Assembly (NCBI RefSeq): GCF_009834535.1
Contig: NC_045697.1
Location: 53,632,001-53,696,000 of the forward strand
Length of the DNA: 64,000 nt
Origin: Camelus ferus
Taxonomy: Eukaryota
Reading direction: 5' to 3'
The translations under genes were made by a program, and so were the position numbers. A model generated the notes under the pieces. That model was not told the DNA's origin. It saw nothing but the letters and a program-made list of their open reading frames with translations, and made no database searches. This document shows, in pieces, positions 36,645-50,774 of the stretch (its first letter is position 1; the number at the start of each line of letters is the position of its first letter).

Positions 36645-37458
36645 GTAAGAGAAATTTGCGTGTAATAAGGATTCTTATTTCATATATTAAATGTAAATAT
36701 TTGTCTGACTGTATGAAAACTTACAAAAGGGATTTTTAGGGAGGACCCTAGTTCTTGTACCTAAACTATTTTGAGTGGAAAAAATAGTAATATTTTCTTA
36801 TTGTATTTTTTTTCATAATTGAGTACTGACACCATATCAGAGAAGACAATATTCTCTATATTCATAGGTCTTGTTTGATGCTAAGATTTTTGGAGTATTT
36901 GGAAAAACCAAATATGACAATGTCTTTTATTTCTATAACTTCAGTCTACTCTCTTGTTTACTTTTATACACCTTGTTTTCTTTCTGATTAACTTGCTGTT
37001 TCTCAGACTTCTGTTTGCCTCCTATCAAGGCTTGGTTGATTGGTTGCCAGACTTGGCATCTGGTAAGCATGAAAGTAGAAAATAAATGAATGTAGCTTGG
37101 TTTCATATGTTATTGCCTTTGAAAGGGCAAGAAAAGGAAGATTTTTCTCAAAAGGAGCATGTTTCTAGATTTTTAACTTACCTCATTGTTTTCTTGTTGT
37201 TCTATGCAAAATTACATTAGAGTTCAACTAGCGAGCATTGACCCTGAGCAAAAAAAATTTTTTTCTATTTTAGCAACTCTATTTACTCTTCTTTTTCCCT
37301 TTTGCATAATTGACTTTTTTAATTATAAAATTTTGTTGAGGAATTTTTGCCTAAGAGGCTAGTTATCTCTGAGGAAGCAGTACCCTGCTTCCCTGCTTAC
37401 ATTATTTAGTTAGATTTTTTTAAATATACTTAGCTATATAACATTGTATTACTTTTGA

Positions 37459-37937
37459 TATTGACAAAAAGTTATTCAATAGTCATCCTACAAAATAAAT
37501 GAAAAATTTTATTGGCGTCAACATGAGGATTATAATCCTGGAGAGTCTGTCAAGAAGCTCTAAGGAATGTTCTGCCCATTAGAACCACAGCACAGTTATA
37601 TAAGTTTTTGAGACAACGGATTACACAACAAAAGATTTTATACATCAAAGCAATATATTGACAGTTTACAAGTCCAAAAAGGCATGAAGTAGGTCACTAT
37701 AACCCCTAAGGGATTAAGGGAGTAATATTATCTTTAAAGGTATTACTTGCTAGCATCAGTACAAAATTGCTTTTTTTGGTGAGTATGTTTTCCTGTGTCT
37801 TCCACGGGGATCTAGTTAATGTACAATGCAGATGCACAGTGCACAGTAAAAGGGGACAACAGGGAAGTAACTCAAATGGCAGAGAAATTTTTTGTAAACC
37901 TTTTCTTCTCCTGCCTTAAAATCATTTTGTTTCAACA
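37459..37937. mobile_element. Solo ERV LTR inserted in the L1 tail
   Basis: About 480 bp bounded by t(a)ttgac…tcaaca, interrupting the L1 motif attagttt|caggtatacaacata. Confidence 0.6.
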
Positions 37938-39391
37938 CAGGTATACAACATAATGATCTTTTTTTGGTATCTGTTGTGAAATAATCACCACAATAACGTT
38001 AGATAACATACATCACCACACAGAGTTACAAAGTTTTTTATCTTGAGATAGAACTTTTAAGATCTACCGTGTTAGTACCTGTCAAATACACAGTGCAGTG
38101 TGATTAACTATAGTCACCATGCTGGACATTACATCTCCTGCATTACTTACTTTAGAATGGGAAATCTGTACAATTTGTCCACCCTCACCTACCTGTTGCT
38201 CCCAGCTTCAAACCCCAAAATCCAGCGATCAGTTATCAGTTCTCTGTTTCTATGAGTTCATTTTCTTTTTGATTTGTTTTCTTTTCAGATTCTATGTATA
38301 AGTGATACCTTTTTCTTTCTGACTTACTTCACTTAACATAATTTCCCCAATCTCCGTCCATATTGAGACAGCTCATTGTATAATAACCATATTTTCTTTA
38401 TTCATTTACCTATCCATAAACACTGAGGTTGTTTCCAGTTTGGGCTATTGTAAATAACGCTGCAGTGAACATGCAGATGCAGGGATATCCTTTCCTTCAG
38501 ATATATACCTAGAAGTGGATTTGCTGGATCATATGGTACTTTTATTTCCATATTGTTTTCCATAGTCCTGCACCATTTACCTTCCCATTAACAGAGCACA
38601 CGGCTCCTTTTTCTCTACATCCTCACTACCATTTGTGGTCTCTCATTTTTTTTTTTTTTTTTTTTTGATAATAGCCATTCTAACAGGTGAGAGGTAATAC
38701 CTCATTTTGATTTCGATTTGCATTTCCTTGATAACTAGTAATGTTGAGCACCTTTTCATGTATTTGTTGCCATTTGAATATTTTCTTTGGAAAAATGTCT
38801 ATTCAGGTTCTTTGATAATTTTTCTTATTGAATTGTTTGGTTTCGTGCTATTGAATTAGGTGAGTTCCTTATGTACTTTAGGCAGCAACACCTAGTCAGA
38901 CATAGGGTTTGCAAATATGCTCTCCCACTTCATAGGTTGCCTTCTCATTATGTCGATCATTTCTTTTGCTGTGCAGAAGCTTTTTAGTTTCAAGTAGTCC
39001 CATTTCTTCATTCTGAACTTTGTTGTTTATGCATTAAGTTTCATATTTTTAAAAATCTCTGTCAAGGCCCATGTCAAGAAATATTTCCCCTGTGTTTTCT
39101 GCTAGGAATTTCATGGTTGTACGTCTTACATTTAAGTCTTTCATTCATTTAAGAGTACTTTTATAGTGGCGTAAGTTCAAGGTCTAGTTTCATTCTTTTG
39201 ATGTGAATATCTAATTTTTTCAGCAAGAATTTTTTTAAAAAATGTCCTCCTTCATGGAATAATTTTTGGCCTTCTTGTGAAGTATTAGTTGGCCAAATAC
39301 GCGTAGGTTTATTTCTGAGCACTTGATTCTGTTCTGTGATTCCATGTGTCTGTTTTAATGCCTGTACCATATGGTTTGGATTAGTATAGCT

Positions 39392-39511
39392 CCAAGGTAT
39401 AGTTCAGTGGTAGAGTACATGCTTAGCATGAACGAGGTCCCACTTCAATCCCAGTACCTCTGGCAAATGAATAAATAAACGTAATAATAGCCCCCCACCA
39501 CAAAAAAGACC
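39392..39511 (+). mobile_element. tRNA-derived SINE (camelid vic-1-like)
   Basis: ggtatagttcagtggtagagtacatgcttagcatg…ttcaatcccagtacctc. 15-bp TSD TGGATTAGTATA(G/A)CT at 39377-39391 / 39512-39526. Confidence 0.88.
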
Positions 39512-42500
39512 TGGATTAGTATAACTTTATAATATTGCTTGAAATCAGTAAGTGTGATGCCTCCAGGTTTCTTCTCTGTCTCAGGATGACTGGATATTTG
39601 AGGTCTTTTGCAGTTACGTATGAAATTTTCAATTATTTTCCTTATTACTAATTTTAACACTATATATGTCTAATACTCTATCATTCCTAAAAATTGTGTT
39701 TATTCCTAAAATTTTTTAAATTTGTTTGTACTTGTGAACTATTGTTATATATAGCCATTTCCCTTTTTGTTTTTTGAGATATCTGTTCTAAATTCTCTCT
39801 GCAAAATTTTTTTTTAAACAACTCACAAACACTATGAGTGCTTCTAAAGAACTATGCTGCCCAGGAATATGCCTTATGTTCAGAACAGCATGTGTCATAA
39901 TCGAAGTGGACAAATTGCATTCAGACATTTCCTGGGCATTCTGTGAGAGAAGAACATGCTTATTTCTCTAGACTTGACCCTAAAGAAAATGTGCACAGAA
40001 GCTGCTCTACCCATCCATCACCAGTCACTCATGTTCAGAGTCCAAGATGCAAAAGGCAAAACTGAGATAGATAATTTGAAATCCCATCTTGGTGACATTG
40101 TCTGACTTGTAGATCAAGCAGTGACTGATCTACAGCTGAATCAAGGTTATTTGTTTATTTCTGATTCAAGCAGTTTGGTACTCAGTGGTGGACCCTCTTT
40201 CATAGGGAAGGATTACTGGTAGGACATAGTGATCATAGTCTTTGATTCTTTCCTAGCTGTTTTTACCTAAGAATGTTTGGAGGGGAGCAGTATATCAATC
40301 TGAGAAAGAAGAATAAAGACTTTGTAAATAGAAAAATAATTTCTTTACTCTCATCATACATTTAAAAATGCTGTAAGGTACAGATTGTTATTTGACTACT
40401 CGGAATTTAGGATCTTTATTATAAAATCTATTTTAAGTGTGTTTCAAATTCTAAATACATAAGTCATAACTTATACAATTATTAATTGAACCATGTCATA
40501 GATATGTTGAAATAATTCAGGAGGAAACCAGTAACAGTATCTGTTTCAAAAAGTTTTTTGAGGAACTCTTTACAATCATTTTGAGGGAAAGAGGAATATT
40601 AGAGCAATAGTGCTAGGTTAGACCCCAAAACAGTCAAAATCCTATGGTGCAATAAAGACATATTTTGGGGAGATGCTCATTTCGACCAGGCAGAATTATA
40701 CAACTTCACATTCAACTTCAAAGTATGTGAACTCAAAAATCCACAGTAAATCGATAATAAAGGACAAAGACATACATATGCATAATGTTCTAAATATGTA
40801 AGAAATCTTCAAATCATCCATTCCTCAAGAAATGCCCCAACATAACATCAAATGTGGCACGTACCTTCGGAAATTTGGGAAATGCTTTTCCTAATTTGAG
40901 ATATTGTCTCATAATCTCTTCATGCAGATTAAGCATTATTTTTTACTTCTCATACTATATTGTCTTCATTTCAATCCATTAAACACAACAGATTACTAAT
41001 CTAGGAGTGCAGACGTAACAGCAAAATGGTATTGATATGAAAAAAAGTGAAGCAACCATGTTTTCCTCAAATTCTACTCCTAGGTTTATAACCAAGGAAA
41101 ATAAGCACGTGTCCACACAAAACATATGCATGATTGCTCGTAGAGCATTATCCACAGTATCCAAATATGGAAACAACCCAAATGGTCATCAATTATGAGT
41201 GGATAAGCAAAATGAAGTATAGCCAAACAAAAGAATTACTCAGCAATAAAAAGTAAGGAAGTACTGATACACACTACCACAGGGATGAACCTTGAAAACA
41301 CTATGCTAAGGGGAAGAAGGCAGCACAAAAGACCACGCAGTGTATACTTTCATTTAAATTAAATGAAATGAGATTATTTGGAATAGTCAAATGAAGAAAG
41401 AAGTAGAACAGTGGTTGTCAGGGGCTGGGAAAAGGAAGAAAGGGAGAATGACTACCAATGGATATGGGCTCTCTTTCAGGAGTAATAACAATTTGTAAAA
41501 TACAGTAGTGGAGATGGTTTCACAACCTTATGAATATACTAAAAACTACTCAATTGTGTATTTAAAAGGAAGAATTATACAATATGTAAATTCTATCTTA
41601 ATAAACCTGTCAAAAAGATGGTGTGAGAGTGAAGCATCACACAAAGGGAAGAAGATTATACCCAAGGCTACACCAATAAGCCACTGAAATGGGACAAGCA
41701 CTGAGTATGAAACTGGATTTTGAATTCCGTTCTCATTATCAGAATCAAACACTTAAATTACTGAGATTTGCTTGTGATCTCTTACACAGATAGATTGTCC
41801 TGGTCAGTTCAAAATCCCTCACATTTGCTAATCAGAACTTAAGCACACTCAGAACATCAAGGAGAATATTCAAAAAGCCATGTGATGGGACAACATAAAG
41901 CTACAGTGTCTTCATATTAGTGATACTGAGTATGTATTTCAAAAGGACGCCAAAACCCTGGATAAGGTTCCTTACACCACAGTAATTGAATAGAATGCAG
42001 AAATGCAGCTCGGACTCCAAACAAAGAGAAGTGATTTACTTCTCAGTCACTACTTTCAGTTCTTAAGCTGTTAATAGTCACTTCGTTGCCATTCAGTTGA
42101 AAGAGACCCCCTTTTTACTGTTAGTCAGCTAAATGTGTCAAAATACTTAATATTTCACCACCAGCTTATTAAACACTGCTATATCTTCCCCAAAGAGGAC
42201 AAAAGGCTTGTCCAACAGGAACTTCCATTTTGTATGGCAAAGGAGAAAATCACTTAAAAAAATTTCCTTTTAATAATTTATTCCCGATATGATGTAATTA
42301 GTTGTGACAGCACACTGGAAAACACTAGGGGAAAAGATGGATACAGTAAAAAGTTGTTTTTTTTAAGAAACCAGAGGTTCTTGGGGCAACAAGGATGCAA
42401 AAAATTGGAGAAGAGGGTTCTCGAGAAGAGGAGGAGACATGACCATAGAAGTTTGAGGATCACTGCCTGAGTTTCTTGTTCCTGGCTCGGAGCAGGTGTC

Positions 42501-42777
42501 CTTGCTGAGCGTGGAGTGGGGCTCAGGCTTAGCTCAAGCAGAAGACTCTGTTGGCAGAGATGAAGCGGCGGGCTTTTGGCTTTGTTCCATGCTTAAATTG
42601 GTCTTTGGTTATTGATAATCTCACTATTTGTACTCTTGGGGAAAAGGTCAATGGATTTCACAGAGATAACATAGGGCCAGTATCTTCAAAGATTTCTCTT
42701 AGAAAAGTAGATGGTGAAACAGTTCCCTTATAACATGTCAGCTTGTTTCCTCTCTATCATCCTTCATTTTTATTCAG

Positions 42778-42926
42778 GAAAACCTACCACATTATGTGAG
42801 ACTATGGGGAAAGCTGAAATGTGGTTGATTCGAACTTACTGGGATTTTGAATTTCCTCAACCGTACTTACCTAATGTTGAATTTGTTGGAGGACTTCACT
42901 GCAAGCCTGCGAAGCCCCTACCGAAG
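42778..42926 (+). CDS. UGT2C1: UGT copy B exon 2 (149 bp)
   Basis: ttcag|GAAAACC...GAAG|gtactt. Protein identical to copy A exon 2. Confidence 0.95.
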
Positions 42927-44701
42927 GTACTTGAATGTGCTGATTTTGCCTGTTTGAGAACTTATCTGCTGAAATGATTTCCAGTTTGTTATTGATAGTA
43001 TTTGATCTGCCAGCTGAAAACACATGCCCAGGAATTAGCGGCCATGACTCTCTTACACTAGTAGACTGCAATCAGCAGGTCAGGAGCCTTCCTTTTGTAT
43101 TATGTGTTATTATCTGGTTGAAGTAGTCCCCGTATTTCCTTTCCTTTTTCATACTTCATTAAGTCTTTATGAACATGTACATTCTGCAGAAATGTTAAAA
43201 TATTTCCCAGTATCTCAAGAATACTCTGCTGTCATTGAAAATAAATTTCCATGTTAAATCAATCCATCTATCAGAATAGTATATGGTTAATTTTATGTGT
43301 CAGCTTCCCTGGGCCTGGGACCCAGCTATTTAGCCAAACATCACTCTGGAAGTTTCTGTGAGGGTGTATTTGGCTGACATTAACATTAAATATGTGGACC
43401 TTGAGTAAAGTAAACTGCTCTGCATTTGTGGGTGAGCCTCATCCAATGAGTTGAAGAACTGAATAGAAAAGACTGAACTCTCCCATGTGAAAAAGAGTTC
43501 TGCCAAGAGGGCCTTCAGACTTGACCTATAACAGGGACTGCTCCTTGAGTCTTCAGTCTGATGGCCTATTCTGTAGATGTTAAACTTGCTGGCCTCCATA
43601 ATCATGTGAGTCAAATGCTTAAAATAAATCTCTTCCCTGTCTTCAATTTCAAACCTCATGCATGTTTTCCTTATCTTATCTGGTTGACTTAGCTTAGTTA
43701 GTAACTAAACATAGGATGAAAAGATTTCTTTTTACTTCAGGAAGATTAAATATGCTATTTTTATTTTGGATTCCAAGCCTAATTTTTCTATACTATTACT
43801 GTCATTTGCAAAGTATGCATTAGAGGAATTCCTGCATTAATTACCTGGTCAGAAATTATATGGCTTCCTCAATCCTAAATGTGTTTGTGGAAACTTATCT
43901 AATGTATAAATGTGGCCAAATTAAAAACAAATTGAAATTCAGAAAACAGAACAAAGTAAATTGTACCAAAAGGATGTCATTATTCTGACCAGGATTCAGC
44001 AGAAGAAAGAATGATAATCTTATTATCACCCAAGGCTAAATATGAAATGAAGCACCAGGACTATTTAACATGAAGCAGAAATCAGATATTCTTCATCTGG
44101 AGATTTGTGGAGAGGCTGTTGGAAGGCAATAGACAGTATCTAATATAGTCATTCACTTTACAAACAACAAGCTTAAATAGAAACCTGACTCTGCCAGCTA
44201 CTGCTTTATAGCCTTCAACAAATTATTTTACCTCTCTGAGGTAGCTTTCCCATCTGCAAATGTATACATATATCTTAAGACCACCATATATCTGAGTGTA
44301 ATGACACATATAAAGAGCTCAACACATGGCAAATGATAACATGTAGTCAATGATTTGTAAACAGAGATACAAACACACCTCAGAAATGTCTAGAACATAC
44401 TAGTAGGGAGCCTCCAGCTTAAATTATTTTTAAAATCTTTTATCTCATATAATTTTTAAAGGTTGCTTTCCATTTGCAGTTATTACAATATATTGACTAT
44501 CTCCCCCCATGTTTTACAATTAAATTATTCTTAATTTGCCTAATAACCAAGGATTTCAGGCCATATGTTTCATACTCTGAAATGGTTAACATATGAAAAA
44601 GCAGAAACTTTCTAATAATTCAGACACATTGAGAAAAGTGTGTGACTATCTTATTCTTGTAAGTGTTAACTTTCATATTACAAAGATTGTTTTCTTCACA
44701 G

Positions 44702-44833
44702 GACTTAGAAGAGTTTGTCCAAAGCTCTGGAGAAGATGGAGTTGTGGTGTTTACTCTGGGGTCAATGATCAGAAACCTCACGGAAGAAAAGGCTAATATG
44801 ATTGCATCAGCCCTTGCCCAGATTCCACAGAAG
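44702..44833 (+). CDS. UGT2C1: UGT copy B exon 3 (132 bp)
   Basis: cacag|GACTTAGAA...AAG|gtcaga. Encodes [44 protein letters not shown]. Confidence 0.95.
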
Positions 44834-45679
44834 GTCAGATAAAGTTATTTTTGGAAGAGCAGCTGTTTTAAAATCTATGAGGATCTCCTTAAATGTGCAC
44901 TTTAAAAATGTAAGAAAAGCTACTGATATTAGCATCAATTTAACTAAAGTGTAAAGAAAAAATATTAAATGTTACAAGAAGATATTTTATGCTACTTCCT
45001 TTAAATGTGGCATTACTGACAGGAAAACATATTGCCATATTTTCTTTATGTAATGGGATAAAACTAAGTCACTCTCGATCTTAAACAATAGGTCAGCTGT
45101 TTGCCTAGGTTTTAAGGTTTCCATGAAATCTAACCTCTTTTTGTGTTATTTGTTTTTTAAATCTGTGGCATATACACAAGGTACAACTAACATGTCAGAG
45201 AATACAGGAAGAGACACTCAAAATTATACCATTGATTCACAGGCTGCCTCGGAGTACATCTCCTTTTAATTAATTGTTTGGGACCTGGAACTGACAGCTT
45301 AGATTCCAGGAATACTCCTAAATGTGATGCTTCTATGTAAACAGTTAAAGATTTTAGTAATACTGTAAAAGATTAATGGCAGTTCACTCTATGGCATTCC
45401 CACAAAATATGCATTTTTTTAATTGATAGCATCCTAGGTTATAACTGAGTGATGGTGTTCCTAATTTGCCAGGGACACTTTTTACCTTGTAGCTTTAGAT
45501 AAAATAGCTAACTTTATATGCAATTTTAAGTTCCAAAACATCATGACAAGTCTTGTGCACATAGCCAAATTACTTTCAAAAATCATTTTGTGGAAGCAAT
45601 ATCCATTTAAACATCTCATCTAAATGGCATCTTCAGAAAAATATTAAATTTTCAACTGTATTAAAATACAGTGCTTAAG

Positions 45680-47650
45680 GGTCACGTCAAGGTAGATTCA
45701 GAAGCACCAAGAAATTGTCTGAAGTAACTATGATGGAAATATGGACTCTATGTGAGCACTTGAATTTTTCAGTGGAGAGACTGACTAGTAATTTGTGGTT
45801 AATTTTTTAAAACAAATTCAACCATTTAGCATAGCAGCAAGTTCTAAGTCTACCTCACCCAGTCCCATGACAGCCAACATGTTTTATTCCTGGTGTGATT
45901 TGCTGGAGCTATGCTGGGAAATAATGACCTTAATCTCCAGATTTTGGTTCTGCATTCTGATTGATGACTGATGCTTTGTTCACTGGCATGTTGGCACAGA
46001 AGTTGGCCACAGTTGTTTCAACTTCGATTAGCAGAAGTTTCCAGGGATTTTAAAGGATGAGCACTATTTTTTTTTCTTTTTTTCTCTGGGAGTCAGACAA
46101 TCACCAGTGGGGCCATTTTTTTAAAACTTCACATACAGTGAAATTTAGAAAGCTATGTGTATGTCCAGGGAAAACCATAGGCTGACAAAAGACTTGTGAA
46201 AACCTAAAGCTTTTACCTCAGACTGATTCCTGGCAAAGAGAAACCCTTCAACAATATAAAAAAAAAAATTAAGAAGGGGAAATTCTGATTTCTGGAGTTA
46301 GAACTTTATAAAAACCTCAAATGTACAGTTCTCAGCAAATATCACAAGGCATACATAGGTGAAAAAAAATATCACAAGGCATACATAGGTGAAAAGATGG
46401 TCCAATCAAAGGAACAAAATAGACAGAAACAATTAGTGAAGGAGCGTGGATTTTGGAATTACCAGAAAAAGATTTTAATAGCACTGTCTTAAAAATTCAC
46501 AAAGAACCACAGGGAGACAGTTATAAAGAGAACAAAAGATATAGATAAGATATAAAATATTGATAAAGAGAAATAAATTCTTTTAAAAGAGTCAAGAAGA
46601 AATTCTACAGCTAAAAATTTCAAGAATTAAAATGAAAATTTTACCTCAGGGGTTCCAAATCAGACAAGAGCGAGCAAAAGAACCAGCAAAATGAAAACAG
46701 AGTAACTGAAATTAGCAAATTCAAAGAACAGAAAGAGAAACAAATGCAGCTAAATGAGCAAAGCCTAAGGGACTTGTGGGACACCATCCTGTGCATGAGC
46801 AGACACATGCTGGGAGTCCCAGAGAGACAGAAATGGGCAGAAAAGATATTTAAAGCAATAATGTCTCAAAATATACTGCTTTTAATGAAAGACATAAATC
46901 CAAGAAGCTTAGTGAACTACAGGTGGGATAAATTCAAAGAGAGCTACACAAAGACATATTCGAATCAAGCTGCTGAATGACAAAGACAATGAGAAAAGCT
47001 TGAAAGGAGCCAGAAAGAAGAAAATCATCACATAAAAGTTAACTTCAGTAAAATAATCAGCCAATTCTCATTAGAAACCTTGGAGGCCAGAAGGCAGTGG
47101 GTTGATAAATTCAAAGTCTTAAAGACAAAATTGTTAACTGAGAGTTTTATCAGGCAAAATTTCCTTCAACAATGAGGTAGAAATGAAGACACTGCTTGAT
47201 GAACAAAAGACGAAGGGTGTGAATAGCACTAGACTTTTCCTGTAAAAATGCAAAAGAGACCCTTTCTGGTTGAAATGAAAGGCTGCTGGACATTAATAAA
47301 AAATCATACGATGAAATAAAGATCTGCAGTAAAGGTAAAAACAAAAGCAACCATAAAAGCTACTATTATTGTAATTTTGGTTATAATTCTGATTTATTTT
47401 AATTTTCTCAGTCATTTAAAAGAAGATGCATAAAAATTATTAATTCATGTAACTAGGAACACAGTGTATAAGTATGTACACGTCAATAACAGAAAGGGAA
47501 ATGGCGATATACAGGAGCAGAGTTTCTGTTCACTTTGAAGTTAGCAATAAATCGGTCCAAAGATAAATCACAAGAGCATTCAAAAATATTTTTAAATGAA
47601 TGCAAATACAAACCAAAGAAGAGATGCAGAAAAACTAGGGCTTACAGGGA
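45680..47650 (+). mobile_element. Old L1 5'UTR/ORF1 remnant, intron 3 of copy B
   Basis: ORF 46744-46980 reads NEQSLRDLWDTI…GVPE…EKIF..IM..N, which is ORF1-like. Confidence 0.75.
46337..46395. repeat. 30-bp tandem duplication
   Basis: aaatatcacaaggcatacataggtgaaaa(a) twice. Confidence 0.9.
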
Positions 47651-47654
47651 ATTA

Positions 47655-48952
47655 TTTTTATTACAGTAGATTTATAATAGTGTGCTAGTTTCAGGTATAC
47701 AGCAAAGTGATTCAGTTATACATACATATGTATATATCTATAATCTTTTCCAATTCTTCTTTACTGCAAAATATTGAATACACGGTTCCCTGTACTATAG
47801 AGTAAATCCTGGTTATTCATCTGTTTTACATGTGGCAGTCTGCATCTGTTAAACCCACACTCCCAATTTATCTCTCCCATTCGCCTTCCAATTTGGTAAC
47901 CAGAAGTTTGTTTTCTACATCTATAAGTCCACCTCTGTTTTATAAATAAGTTCATTTACATAATTTAAAATTTTTTTCAAATATAATTGATATGTAATAT
48001 TTGCCTTTATCTGTCTGACTTACTTAACCCTCTGTGACAATCTCTAGGTCCATCCATACTGCTGCAAATGGAATCATTTCATTCTATTCATGGCTGAGTT
48101 GTATTCTATTGTGTATATATTCACACCATATCTTCTTTATCCTTTCGTCTGTTAATGGACTCTTAGGTTGCTTCCATGTCTTGGCTACTATAAATAGTGC
48201 TGCGATGACCAACGGGGTACATGTGTGTTTTCGAAATAGAATTTTTGTCTTCTACAGATGTATGCCCAACAGTGGAATTTTTAGATCATATGATGACTCT
48301 ATTTTGTTTTTTAGGGAACATCTATACCATTCTGTATAATGGCTGCACTAATTGTCATTCCATCCAACAGCGTAGGAGGGTTCCCTTTTCCCCACACCTT
48401 CTCCAGCAATTATTTGTAGATTTTCCAATGATGGCCATTTTGATCTATGTGAGGTGATACCTCATTGTGGTTCTGATTTGCATTTCTCGATCTTGAGCAT
48501 CTTTTAGTGTGACTTTTGGCCATGTACATGTTTTCTTTGAATGAATGTCCATTTAGATCTTCTGTCTATTTTTTGAGATTTTTTGTGTTTGTTTGTTTTT
48601 CTGTTTTTAGTTTTATGAACTACTTGTGTATTTTGGAAGTTAAGTCTTTGTCGGTCATGTCATTTGCAAGTAGTTTCTCCCACTCCTAGTTTGTCCTTTT
48701 GTTTTCCTTATGGTTTCCTTTGCTGTGCAAATGCTTACACAGTTGATGACGTCTCATTTGATTATTATTGCTTTTATTTCTATTGCCTTGGAAGACAGAT
48801 CTAAGAAAGTATTGATATGATTTATGTCAGAGAATGTTTTGCTTACGTTCTCTTCTGGGAGTTTTCTGGTATCATACTTGATATTTGCCATTAAGCCATT
48901 TTGAGTTTATTTTTGTGTATGATGTGAAGAAGTGTCCTCATTTGATTGATTT
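47655..48952 (-). mobile_element. L1 3' part, paralog of the nested L1 at 10500
   Basis: Same insertion point in the host L1 (gatgcagaaaaa…gggaatt|tttt) and the same 3'UTR/ORF2 sequence. Confidence 0.8.
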
Positions 48953-50686
48953 GAGAGGATATGAAAGAAATGTTGCCAAGATGGCACAGAAGGAAGACCC
49001 TCAGCTCACCTCTTCCCTCAGGCACCAAAATAGCAACAATTTACAGAGAAACCATTTATGAGAAAAAAAAGGAAAGACTAGCCAAGAAAATCTTGATATC
49101 TACATGATAAAGAAGGAAACTCGACATGTATCTTATATCACATACAAAAATAAACTCAAGGTAGTTCAGAGAGTGAAACTTTAGAATTAAAACAGTAACA
49201 CTTTTACAAAATATCCCTAAAGGAAAACTTCATCACTTTGGATTTTGCTATGATTTCAATAAGTATGACACAAAAAAGCACAAGTAAGAAAAGAAAAAAA
49301 TAAATAAATTGAATTACATCAAAGGAAGAGAAATTTTGCATCAAAAGATACTATCAAGAAAGTGAAATACAATGTACAGATTGGGAGAAAATATTTGCAA
49401 ATCGTGGTTATGATAAAGAATGAATGTGCACAGTTTATAAAGAACTCCTACAACTCAACAACAACAACAACAAAAAAAACCAGTTGAAAAATGGGAAAGT
49501 ACTTGAACAGACTTTTCTCCAGAGGAGGCATACAAATGGTCAAAAAGTACATGAAAAGGTGTCCAGCATCATTCATCATTAGGGACATGCAAATCAAAAG
49601 CACAAAGAGATACTGCTTCACTCATTAGAATAGCTATTATCAAAAAATGGAAACTATCAAGTACTGGTGAGAATGTGGAGACGTGCAGCCTCATGCATTG
49701 CTGGTAAGGGTGCACAGTGAGGTATCTGCTCTGGAAAACATGTCCGTGGTCCCCCACAGAGTTAAACATAGAGCTCTCATATGACCCAATAACTCTAATC
49801 CTGGCTATCTGTCAAAGGGACTGAAATCAGGGCCTCAACAGATGCTTGTACACCGATGGTCACAGCAACATTATCTACAATCAAAAACTGAATGGATAAA
49901 GGAAGTGTTATATATACACACAATGGGATATTTTTCCACCTAAAAAAGAAAGGTGATTTTGATATGTTACACATGCATGAACCTTGAAGACAATGCTAAG
50001 TGAAATAATGCTAAATCAGAAAAGGACAATTACTGTATGCTTCCAGTATATGTGGTACCTAGAGCGGTCAAGTTCATGGAGACGGGAAGAATAGAGGTTA
50101 CCAGACTAGGGAGGGCAGGGAACAGGACGTTATTGCTAAATGGCAGAGTTTATGCTTCAGATGAAGAAGACATTTGGGATATAGATAGTGCTAATGGTTA
50201 TACAACATTGTTGATCTATTGAACGCCACCAAATTCTAAACTTACAATACTTACAAAGATAGAAAGGCAATGCTTGCTTCTGTGTTACTGCCAATGTATT
50301 ACAAAGGTCAAAGCACTAACACTTTCTTAGTGAGGTAGGTAACATCCCTCCCTTTTGCCTCTGAAAACATTCTTTCAAAAATCTCCTCTACCACAATGGC
50401 CTAGCGACACCAATATGTAGTTGTCTCAGATACAGATTGCCTTCCTCTACTAAATTAGAATCCATCTCATGTTGATAGCCGATCTATTAGGATTATTGCA
50501 AGCATTTGAAAACATGATTGTAGCGTCCATGGTTTAGAAACATTCATTACTTAATCACTTAGGGCCTCAGTTTCTCATCTATAACCTGGTGACATCGAAC
50601 TAGATTAATTCTAAGTTAAGTGCCTCCTTCTGACAGGATGTGATTCTAAAAGTCTTCTAATTGAGTAAAGGCATGTATCTTAACAG

Positions 50687-50774
50687 GTTCTGTGGAGATA
50701 CACAGGAAAGAAACCAGATACACTCGGAGCCAATACCCGGCTGTATGAATGGATTCCGCAAAATGATCTTCTTG
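50687..50774 (+). CDS. UGT2C1: UGT copy B exon 4 (88 bp)
   Basis: aacag|GTTCTG...CTTG|gtaaga. Encodes [29 protein letters not shown]. Confidence 0.95.

Larger units (their letters stand above)
37415..39640 (-). mobile_element. Old L1 3' portion in intron 1 of copy B, hosting an LTR and a SINE
   Basis: T-rich tail, L1 3'UTR and ORF2 C-terminal motifs on the - strand (ORFs 39161-39370, 39445-39660). Confidence 0.8.

Noticed and set aside
39396..39470. tRNA-like sequences here and at 20670-20742
   Set aside because: No intact cloverleaf; both have A-rich tails and TSDs, so they are SINEs.
46337..46395. Direct repeats as a CRISPR-like array
   Set aside because: Only two adjacent copies without spacers inside an old L1; a simple tandem duplication in eukaryotic DNA.
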